From sequence record DRR723986_8736: a stretch of 34,461 bases of DNA. One strand, written 5' to 3'. The position numbers and the translations under genes were made by a program. Under the pieces are notes generated by a model, which was not told where the DNA came from, made no database searches, and worked only from the letters and a program-made list of their open reading frames with translations. Positions 27,150 through 34,461 of the stretch are shown here, in pieces; positions within the stretch are counted from its first letter, which is position 1; the number at the start of each line of letters is the position of its first letter.

Positions 27150-28307
27150 ATGTCGAAAATACTGATCATTGATGACGAGAAAGTCATCCGCGCTACGCTC
27201 CGAGAAATTTTAGAGTACGAGAAATACACAGTTACAGAGGCCCAAAATGGAGAAGAGGGATTGATAAAATTGCAGGAAGATGATTACGATCTGGTTCTCT
27301 GTGATGTAAAAATGCCTAAAATGGACGGCATAGAGGTATTGGAAAAAGCCAAGGAACTGGAAAAATCTCCTCAGTTCATTATGATTTCTGCTCACGGTAG
27401 TATTGAGACTGCTGTGGAGGCTACAAAAAAAGGAGCTTTCGATTTTATCCCAAAACCTCCGGATCTGAATCGTCTATTACTTACTGTCCGTAATGCACTG
27501 GATAAAAAGAATCTTGTAACTGAGACCAAGGTCCTCAAGAAAAAACTATCCAAGAAACTGGATATGGTTGGGGAATCAGCAGCTATTCATAAGGTGAAGG
27601 ATACCATAGAGAAAGTGGCTCCTACTGATGCCCGAGTGCTCATCACAGGTCCAAATGGTACTGGTAAAGAACTTGTTGCGCATTGGGTACATGCCAAAAG
27701 CAATAGATCCTCTCAACCTTTTGTTGCGGTGAACTGCGCGGCAATACCGTCAGAACTAATTGAAAGTGAACTATTTGGTCACGAAAAAGGAGCTTTTACT
27801 TCAGCTCATAAGCAGCGTCAGGGAAAGTTTGAACAAGCTCAGGGAGGCACCTTATTTCTGGATGAAATCGGTGACATGTCTCTTTCTGCCCAGTCAAAAG
27901 TATTAAGGGCACTACAGGAAAACCTAATTAACCGAGTAGGGTCAGACAAAGACATTAAAGTGGATGTTCGGGTACTGGCAGCTACGAATAAGGACCTGAA
28001 GAAAGAGATTGAAGAGAATAGATTCCGAGAAGACTTGTACCACAGATTGAGTGTGATTCTAATTCAGGTTCCTGCGCTAAAAGACAGAAAAGAAGATATC
28101 CCTTTACTGGTAAATAAGTTTTTGGATGATATCTCTCAGGAAAATGGCGATGCACCAAAAAGTATCAGTAAAGCCGCTCTGGCAAAACTGCAGGAGTATC
28201 CATGGACTGGAAATATCCGGGAACTGAGAAATGTAGTAGAGAGGCTGGTAATCCTAGGAGAGCCAGAAATTAGCCTTGAAGACATAAAAAAATACGCTGA
28301 CTATTAA
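27150..28307 (+). CDS. NtrC/NtrX-type sigma-54-interacting response regulator (REC + AAA+, no C-terminal HTH)
   Basis: IIDDE, LCDVKMP; Walker A GPNGTGKE, ESELFGHEKGAFTSA, LFLDEIG, FREDLYHRL, WTGNIRELRN; protein ends ~25 aa later. Confidence 0.92.
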   Translation: MSKILIIDDEKVIRATLREILEYEKYTVTEAQNGEEGLIKLQEDDYDLVLCDVKMPKMDGIEVLEKAKELEKSPQFIMISAHGSIETAVEATKKGAFDFIPKPPDLNRLLLTVRNALDKKNLVTETKVLKKKLSKKLDMVGESAAIHKVKDTIEKVAPTDARVLITGPNGTGKELVAHWVHAKSNRSSQPFVAVNCAAIPSELIESELFGHEKGAFTSAHKQRQGKFEQAQGGTLFLDEIGDMSLSAQSKVLRALQENLINRVGSDKDIKVDVRVLAATNKDLKKEIEENRFREDLYHRLSVILIQVPALKDRKEDIPLLVNKFLDDISQENGDAPKSISKAALAKLQEYPWTGNIRELRNVVERLVILGEPEISLEDIKKYADY

Positions 28308-28324
28308 GTCAGCGTATTTTTTTT
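28286..28324. terminator. Bidirectional intrinsic terminator overlapping both convergent stop codons
   Basis: Perfect 17-bp stem AAAAAAATACGCTGACT / AGTCAGCGTATTTTTTT with loop ATTA. Confidence 0.85.
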
Positions 28325-28442
28325 AGCTATTGGCGTCCTGAGTAGTGGTCGCTTTTGCGTAAGCTGGACATGGCTTACTGGAGGCACATGCTCCCAAAGC
28401 TAAAATTCCAATTAATAATGCTGCTGTGGCTAATTTTTTCAT
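28323..28442 (-). CDS. Small 39-aa lipoprotein (not in ORF track)
   Basis: Manual translation MKKLATAALLIGILALGACASSKPCPAYAKATTTQDANS*; MKK, hydrophobic core and lipobox LGA-C19; fills the intergenic gap and ends at the terminator. Confidence 0.8.
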   Translation of the reverse strand: MKKLATAALLIGILALGACASSKPCPAYAKATTTQDANS

Positions 28443-28493
28443 ATGTAAGTTATTATTCTTTTCAAATATGTTCAATTAATATTAAGATAGCAA

Positions 28494-29489
28494 TTACTGA
28501 ACCAAGAGATTACAGCCTCTGATTTCGCTATTGTCAAATCTCCCCAACACTTCCAGCATCCCATTTTCATCTATTCTCCCCAAATCCTGCGTTTCAATAA
28601 ATGCACAGGAATGAAAATTTGCCAAATCGATTACATTGATTCCGCCTTGGCTTCTCTGAGTGATAGATAGCGGATCATTCACATCTCTTAGCATAACGCG
28701 CATGCAATCAGGTAGCGTATATTTTCCCTGGCCTTTTGAATATGCCTGAGACATCAATTCAGTCATCCCGTATTCAGAATAGATAGATTCCACCCCGAAA
28801 TATGGTTTCAAAATATCATGAACCTCTTCCCGGATCATCTCCTTTCTCCGTCCCTTCATTCCTCCTGTTTCCATCACAATTAGATTCGAAGGGGCACTGA
28901 TTCTTTTCCCTGATTCTGCTAAATCCAATAAGGCAAATGTAACTCCTAACAGCAGCACCTTTTTATTATCCTCGGCCAGCGATTCCATTTTTTCGATAAG
29001 CTCATCCTGATTATAGAGGTAAAAACCAGAATGCTCAGAATTGCTCAGTTTAATAAAATGATCAGCCATACTGACTAGACTACTGCCCTTTCTCTCCAAA
29101 TAAGCAGGCAAAAGCGCGAGGACATGAAAGCCCTTCAGTGATCCAAACTCATTTTCGAAAATACGCTGAGCATGTTCCAAATACCATTGCTCAGACCAAA
29201 TGAAATGTTTGCTTGTAATCATTCCGGTAGTGCCGCTGCTGGAGAAAAACTCAGAAAAATCGCTTGTGTCTCCCGATATTACCTGATGATCCTTGAAAAA
29301 GCGGATAGGTAAAAAAGGAATTTGATCCAAGGATTTCACCTTTTCCGTATTTAGATTACGAGCGGCTAGATATTTCCTGTAAATTGGATTTGCCTGTGAC
29401 TGGAAATGAAAAAGTTCCAGGGCAAGATTTTCGAATTCATCCGAACTCAAATTACTTACCCTGTTTGAAAAACTTTTAAAGTCCTGCAT
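28494..29489 (-). CDS. LuxE-like acyl-protein synthetase / acyl transferase (ANL-type adenylation fold)
   Basis: IPFLPIRFFK, FSSSGTTG, METGGMKGRR, SEYGMTELMSQAY, TQDLG, LGRFDNSEIRGCN. ATG at 29489 is preferred over 29513. Confidence 0.85.
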   Translation of the reverse strand: MQDFKSFSNRVSNLSSDEFENLALELFHFQSQANPIYRKYLAARNLNTEKVKSLDQIPFLPIRFFKDHQVISGDTSDFSEFFSSSGTTGMITSKHFIWSEQWYLEHAQRIFENEFGSLKGFHVLALLPAYLERKGSSLVSMADHFIKLSNSEHSGFYLYNQDELIEKMESLAEDNKKVLLLGVTFALLDLAESGKRISAPSNLIVMETGGMKGRRKEMIREEVHDILKPYFGVESIYSEYGMTELMSQAYSKGQGKYTLPDCMRVMLRDVNDPLSITQRSQGGINVIDLANFHSCAFIETQDLGRIDENGMLEVLGRFDNSEIRGCNLLVQ

Positions 29490-29557
29490 CGTTTTATATT
29501 TTGCATCAATCAACCAAAGTATTGGTTTAAATTTGCTGGTAAATTTACTTTCGCCTT

Positions 29558-30229
29558 ATGCGTTTAAAAAGCTATTTAGGAATATTCTTTTTGTTACTAC
29601 TCGCAAGTGCCTGTATTAACCCCCCGGATAATTTCCCTTCTGTTCCCAAAATCACCTTTGAATCACTTGAATACGTCCCTACCAACGGTGCTGATTCACT
29701 TATAATTGGGATAGATTTTCAGGACGCAGAGGGAGATTTAGGCTTATCATCTACCGATGATGATCCGCCATTTCAAGATGTGGACTTCCAAAGGGATTCA
29801 AATGGTGAGTTGATAACTTATAGCAACAGACCTGCAGATGCTCCGTCTTATAACCCTATCGATTGGTTAGTAGATCCTATCGTCAATAATCAAGTGGTTA
29901 AAGACACGATTTGGGTAAAGCAGAATCCTAATCAGTATAATATATTTGTCAAGTTCTATATCAAAAGAAACGGGCAATTCACAGAGTTTAGATGGCAGGA
30001 TCCTCCATACTACACTACTTTTAATGGGCGTTTCCCTAGAATTTTAACTTCAGATGTGGGACAGGCTGTAGAAGGAAATATTAGTTACGGAATGCTATCC
30101 TCTGGTTGGGAACCTATCTTCAGAAGGGATACCATTCAAATTGCCGTAGAAATTCAGGACAGAGCACTTAATAGAAGCAATGAGGTTTTTAGCCCTGAAG
30201 TAACACTTTCACAAATCACAAGACAATAA
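29558..30229 (+). CDS. Hypothetical lipoprotein
   Basis: Lipobox ASA-C; FQDAEGDLG and IQDRALNRSN motifs of a beta-sandwich-like Bacteroidota lipoprotein; function unknown. Confidence 0.8.
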   Translation: MRLKSYLGIFFLLLLASACINPPDNFPSVPKITFESLEYVPTNGADSLIIGIDFQDAEGDLGLSSTDDDPPFQDVDFQRDSNGELITYSNRPADAPSYNPIDWLVDPIVNNQVVKDTIWVKQNPNQYNIFVKFYIKRNGQFTEFRWQDPPYYTTFNGRFPRILTSDVGQAVEGNISYGMLSSGWEPIFRRDTIQIAVEIQDRALNRSNEVFSPEVTLSQITRQ

Positions 30230-30257
30230 AAAAAAGCCCTTCTGAAGGGCTTTTTTT
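30228..30257. terminator. Bidirectional intrinsic terminator
   Basis: A-run, GCCCTT/AAGGGC stem, T-run between convergent genes. Confidence 0.85.
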
Positions 30258-30276
30258 ATGATATATAATCAGCTTT

Positions 30277-32691
30277 TCAGATTGCTGGATATTTCTTAGG
30301 ATTTACTTCACTCATCATAGCATACACCTTCTCTACTACATCTTCCACGCTAGGCTTGGAGAAATAATCACCATCCGAAGAATAAGCTGGCCTATGGGCT
30401 TTAGCAGTGAGAGTTTGAGGTTCGGAATCCAGGAATTTAAAAACTTCCTGACCTTCAATTACTTGCTGTAGCATAAAAGCAGAACCGCCTCCTGGCACAT
30501 CTTCATCAGCAAATATCACTCTGTTAGTTTTTTTGATTGATTCACCGATGATTCCATGCACATCAAATGGCAAAAGCGTTTGAACATCAAGCACTTCTAT
30601 CTCAATGCCCATTTCTGCCAAATCATTAGCGGCTTCCATCACTATTCTACACATGGAACCATATGTAACAATAGTTACTTCTGTTCCTTCTCTTAGAACT
30701 TCAGGCTTACCTAAAGCTACTGTGTATTCGCCCAAATTAACCGGCATTCTTTCTTTCAGTCGATAACCATTCAAGCATTCTATGACGATTGCAGGTTCAT
30801 CAGACTTAAGTAATGCATTATACATGCCGGCAGCTTGAGTCATATCTCTAGGAACACAAACTACCATTCCACGCAAGGAGGAAAGTATCATTCCCATAGG
30901 TGAGCCTGAATGCCAGACACCTTCTAATCTATGTCCACGCGTACGCACGATCATTGGAACTTTCTGCCCTCCTTTAGTACGGTAGTTTAAACAGGCAACA
31001 TCGTCCGAAAGCATTTGAAGTCCATAGAGTAGGTAATCCAAGTATTGGATTTCCGCTAATGGTCTCAAACCGCGCAATGCTGTCCCTATCCCCTGCCCTA
31101 TAATCGTGCATTCCCGGATTCCTGTATCGGCAACACGTAGCTCCCCATGCTTTGCTTGTAAGCCTGCAAAGGCTTGGTTAACATCTCCTATCTTACCCAC
31201 ATCCTCACCGAAGGTAAAGAAACGCGGATCTTTTTCGAGGGTAAGGTCAAAATAAGACTGTAGTACTTCTCTCCCATCTACGAATGAAGACGTATCATTG
31301 AATTGGGCAGGTACTTCCTCCACATTCAATACACTCCATTTTGATTGGCTATACAGATGTGAATTGTATCTATCGAAATTTAAATCTGCCTGTTTTGAAA
31401 ACCAGTTTTTCAAATCAGCTTTAACAGCCGGGCTATCCAATCTCAAGGTCAAAAGTGCCTTACGGACTGCCATTACTACATCCTTTCTTATTGGATTAAT
31501 AGTCTTGGAGAGTTCCTCAGCGATTTGATTGATTATAACTTTTCTCGTGCTATGCTGTGCTGCCTCCCTTAAAAGCGTGACAACTTCATTTAATTCCTTT
31601 TTGATTTCACTGGAAAAATTAGACCAAGCAGCCTCTTTTTCCTGCTTCACCTGAGCTTTGGCCCCAGCCTCTATTTTGTCTAGAGTATCTGCATTGGCAA
31701 TTTGATTGCTTAGGATATATTCTCTGAATTTGGAAATACAATCCCAGTCTTTCTCCCACTGAAGACGCTTTTTGTCTTTGTATCGCTCATGAGATCCCGA
31801 AGTAGAATGGCCTTGCGGCTGGGTCATTTCAAGCACATGTATCAATACTGGCACATGAGAGGTTCTAGCCAGTTCTCCTGCTTCCACATAAGCATTCAGT
31901 AATGCCTCGTAATCCCAGCCATTCACTCTGATGATTTCAATTCCTTTTTCGGAATCCGTTCTTCCAAAACCTTCCAAAACCTCCGAAATACTTCCTTTGG
32001 TTGTATGAAACTCATTTGGAACAGATATTCCATAGCCATCATCCCAAATGGATATCACCATTGGTACCTGCATTACCCCTGCAGCATTGATAGTTTCGAA
32101 AAACATTCCTTCCGAAGTGGATGCATTTCCTATGGTCCCCCAGGCAACTTCATTACCGTTTACCGAGAACTTAGTCATATCCTTCAGCCCTTTATTTTCT
32201 CTGTAAAGCTTGGAAGCATATGCTAGGCCAAGAAGCTTAGGCATTTGAGCCGCTGTGGGTGAAATATCAGCAGCAGAATTATACATTTTGGTCAGATCCT
32301 TCCAAGTTCCATCCTCATTAATGGATCTTGTAGCGAAGTGCCCATTCATCAGGCGCCCTGCACTGGCAGGCTCTTCCTCTACATTGGTATGGGCGTATAA
32401 CTGAGAAAAATATTGTTGAACTGTCAATTCACCAATAGCCAGCATAAAAGTCTGGTCTCTGTAGTACCCTGAGCGAAAATCTCCAATCTGAAAGGCTCTG
32501 GCCATAGCGATCTGCGCTAGTTCCTTACCATCTCCAAAAATTCCAAACTTCGCTTTTCCCATAAAAACCTCTTTCCTACCCACCAACGAAGCATGCCTAC
32601 TGATCATGGCAATTCGAAAATCTTCAAGTATAGCTTCTTTGGAAAGATTCGGAGAATTCAGGTTTTTTGGAACTGATTGAACTTCTGACAT
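30277..32691 (-). CDS. 2-oxoacid (probably branched-chain) dehydrogenase E1, fused alpha/beta subunit
   Basis: GDFRSGYYRDQT, TPP-binding GNASTSEG...WDDGYGIS, GHSTSGS, FGEDVG, DTGIRE, AEIQYLDY, GVWHSGS. Confidence 0.9.
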   Translation of the reverse strand: MSEVQSVPKNLNSPNLSKEAILEDFRIAMISRHASLVGRKEVFMGKAKFGIFGDGKELAQIAMARAFQIGDFRSGYYRDQTFMLAIGELTVQQYFSQLYAHTNVEEEPASAGRLMNGHFATRSINEDGTWKDLTKMYNSAADISPTAAQMPKLLGLAYASKLYRENKGLKDMTKFSVNGNEVAWGTIGNASTSEGMFFETINAAGVMQVPMVISIWDDGYGISVPNEFHTTKGSISEVLEGFGRTDSEKGIEIIRVNGWDYEALLNAYVEAGELARTSHVPVLIHVLEMTQPQGHSTSGSHERYKDKKRLQWEKDWDCISKFREYILSNQIANADTLDKIEAGAKAQVKQEKEAAWSNFSSEIKKELNEVVTLLREAAQHSTRKVIINQIAEELSKTINPIRKDVVMAVRKALLTLRLDSPAVKADLKNWFSKQADLNFDRYNSHLYSQSKWSVLNVEEVPAQFNDTSSFVDGREVLQSYFDLTLEKDPRFFTFGEDVGKIGDVNQAFAGLQAKHGELRVADTGIRECTIIGQGIGTALRGLRPLAEIQYLDYLLYGLQMLSDDVACLNYRTKGGQKVPMIVRTRGHRLEGVWHSGSPMGMILSSLRGMVVCVPRDMTQAAGMYNALLKSDEPAIVIECLNGYRLKERMPVNLGEYTVALGKPEVLREGTEVTIVTYGSMCRIVMEAANDLAEMGIEIEVLDVQTLLPFDVHGIIGESIKKTNRVIFADEDVPGGGSAFMLQQVIEGQEVFKFLDSEPQTLTAKAHRPAYSSDGDYFSKPSVEDVVEKVYAMMSEVNPKKYPAI

Positions 32692-33084
32692 AGAGGTTAA
32701 TTTACTAAAGTTATTTGGGTTTTACTTAGCTGATTTTTTGAATCATTCAAAAATAGCCAAATCCCCCTTCTATGCAAATTTCAACAATATAAATTTTCAA
32801 TCAAAAATTTTGACCGAGGTCATTAATAAGATTCAAAACAGAATTTAATTTTGAAAAACAAATATTCTCCATTAATAGTAGCAGGGAATTCAAAAACCCT
32901 GTAGACTATAAACCAAGCATTTAGCTAAAAAAACCACTTCAAAATTTTAAATGCTTAATTTTCCTTTTTTAAAATTTGCTAAATGTTTTTGGGTATTATC
33001 GGAATATAATTTCGAAATCAATTTATTTTCGAAAGCATACCAAATACTATTCTTTACTGTGTAAATCGGTAGCTTTTCACTTAC

Positions 33085-33092
33085 TATATTTG
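33085..33092 (+). promoter_or_regulatory. Bacteroidota sigma-A -7 promoter element for ald
   Basis: TATATTTG matches TAnnTTTG, 34 nt upstream of the ATG. Confidence 0.6.
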
Positions 33093-33126
33093 TGGGCAAG
33101 TTTATTTAAATCCAAAATTTGAAGTC

Positions 33127-34245
33127 ATGATTATAGGTGTTCCTAAGGAAATCAAAAACAACGAAAACCGGGTAGCTCTTACTCCTGCCGGTGCACAAGA
33201 ATTGGTAAAAAGAGGTCATTCTGTTTACGTTCAGCACACCGCTGGTGAAGGAAGTGGCTTCCCAGATGAGATGTATGTAGAAGCTGGTGCTACTATTCTT
33301 CCTACTATTGAAGCGACATACGAGATCGCTGAGATGATTATGAAGGTAAAAGAGCCAATAGAAGCTGAATACCCACTGATCAAAGAAGATCAATTGTTGT
33401 TTACTTATTTTCACTTTGCTTCCTATGAGCCATTGACTAAGGCGATGGTAGCTAGTAAGTCTGTTTGTCTTGCCTACGAAACTGTAGAAAAGCCGGATAA
33501 AAGCCTTCCACTTTTGGTTCCTATGTCTGAGGTAGCCGGTAGAATGGCCGTTCAAAAAGGAGCGAATTATTTGGAGAAGCCTCTTGGTGGAAGAGGAATT
33601 CTTCTAGGTGGAGTACCGGGTGTACTTCCTGCTAAAGTATTGATCCTCGGCGGTGGTATTGTAGGTACACAGGCTGCATGGATGGCAGCGGGACTTGGTG
33701 CAGATGTTACTATTATGGACCTTAACTTGCAGCGTTTGCGCTACTTAGCTGATGTAATGCCTGCCAACGTGAATACCATGATGTCTAATGAATTCAACAT
33801 TAGAAAATTGATCCAGAATCATGACTTGATTATTGGTGCTGTATTGATTCCAGGTGCAAAAGCTCCTCACTTGATCACCCGTGATATGTTGAAGGACATG
33901 CTTCCTGGCACTGTGTTAGTGGATGTGGCAGTAGATCAAGGAGGATGTATCGAGACTTGTAAGCCGACTACGCACCAGGACCCAACTTTCGTGATCGACG
34001 ATGTGGTTCACTATTGCGTGGCAAACATGCCAGGTGCTGTACCATACACTTCTACTTTGGCATTGACAAATGCAACTCTTCCTTACGCTATGCAATTGGC
34101 TGATAAGGGCTGGAAAAAAGCTGCTCAGGATAATCCTGATTTGGTTCCAGGTTTGAATATTATCAATGGTGATATTGTATATCAGGCAGTAGCAGAGGCG
34201 TTTGACATGGATTACACTCCAGTGATAAAGTATTTGGCTGACTGA
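33127..34245 (+). CDS. ald: Alanine dehydrogenase
   Basis: IGVPKEIKNNENRVALTP, KVKEP, PMSEVAGR, GGGIVG, DVAVDQGGC, HYCVANMPGAVP. Confidence 0.96.
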   Translation: MIIGVPKEIKNNENRVALTPAGAQELVKRGHSVYVQHTAGEGSGFPDEMYVEAGATILPTIEATYEIAEMIMKVKEPIEAEYPLIKEDQLLFTYFHFASYEPLTKAMVASKSVCLAYETVEKPDKSLPLLVPMSEVAGRMAVQKGANYLEKPLGGRGILLGGVPGVLPAKVLILGGGIVGTQAAWMAAGLGADVTIMDLNLQRLRYLADVMPANVNTMMSNEFNIRKLIQNHDLIIGAVLIPGAKAPHLITRDMLKDMLPGTVLVDVAVDQGGCIETCKPTTHQDPTFVIDDVVHYCVANMPGAVPYTSTLALTNATLPYAMQLADKGWKKAAQDNPDLVPGLNIINGDIVYQAVAEAFDMDYTPVIKYLAD

Positions 34246-34269
34246 TAAGAGCTGATTTTAATATATATG

Positions 34270-34302
34270 AATCCCTTTGGTGAAAGCTGGAGGGATTTTT
34301 TT
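34270..34302 (+). terminator. Intrinsic terminator after ald
   Basis: AATCCCTTTGGT-GAAA-GCTGGAGGGATT stem-loop followed by a T-run. Confidence 0.8.
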
Positions 34303-34312
34303 GTAAAAATTT

Positions 34313-34461
34313 AACCACTGAGGTCGCAGAGGTTTCGCAGAGAGCGCAGTTAAAAGGTGTACGAGCTTTTCAGAAGAAGTGGCAGTAATATCAAAGACCA
34401 AGGTGCCTTAAGGAATGAACCTTTTTTACCGCAAAGTGCGCAGAGAAAAACGCCTTTTACC
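34313..34461 (+). repeat. Degenerate CGCA(G/A)AG short-period repeat clusters
   Basis: AAC-CACTGAG-GT-CGCAGAG-GTTT-CGCAGAG-AG-CGCAG (34313-34349) and TTTTAC-CGCAAAG-TG-CGCAGAG-AAAAA-CGC (34424-34453); a possible third unit starts at the window end. Confidence 0.6.

Noticed and set aside
28494-29489. Bioluminescence locus
   Set aside because: No luciferase or other lux genes in the window.
34415-34461. Open frame MNLFYRKVRREKRLL running off the edge
   Set aside because: Only 15 codons, and it is explained by the repeat sequence.

Overview
A mostly chromosomal region from a Bacteroidota bacterium. The T9SS C-terminal signal, GLPGLI gene, TAnnTTTG promoters and fused E1 alpha/beta dehydrogenase are consistent with Cyclobacteriaceae/Algoriphagus-like organisms, but the genus is an inference. 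The left ~7.4 kb looks AT-richer and forms an apparent accessory module: two tandem paralogous secreted surface proteins (one cut by the window edge and missing from the ORF track), a cytoplasmic PAS/GAF histidine kinase, a LytTR response regulator, a second LytTR protein with a degenerate receiver domain, and a 9-bp/12-bp-spacer direct repeat of LytTR-site geometry. Next come a cupin, YceI, a GLPGLI protein and outer-membrane barrel pair divergent from a two-component system (three GTTAAS boxes at 10-bp period), and a serine hydrolase with a D-amino acid oxidase preceded by a REP-like doublet and an unexplained strand-specific RNA-like hairpin. The rest holds several hydrolases and oxidoreductases, RNase P RNA (rnpB), an NtrC-type regulator lacking an HTH, an unannotated 39-aa lipoprotein, a LuxE-like ligase, a 2-oxoacid dehydrogenase E1 and alanine dehydrogenase. 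No CRISPR array, tRNA, rRNA, transposase or integrase was seen. All calls come from reading the sequence by eye; no searches or folding programs were run.
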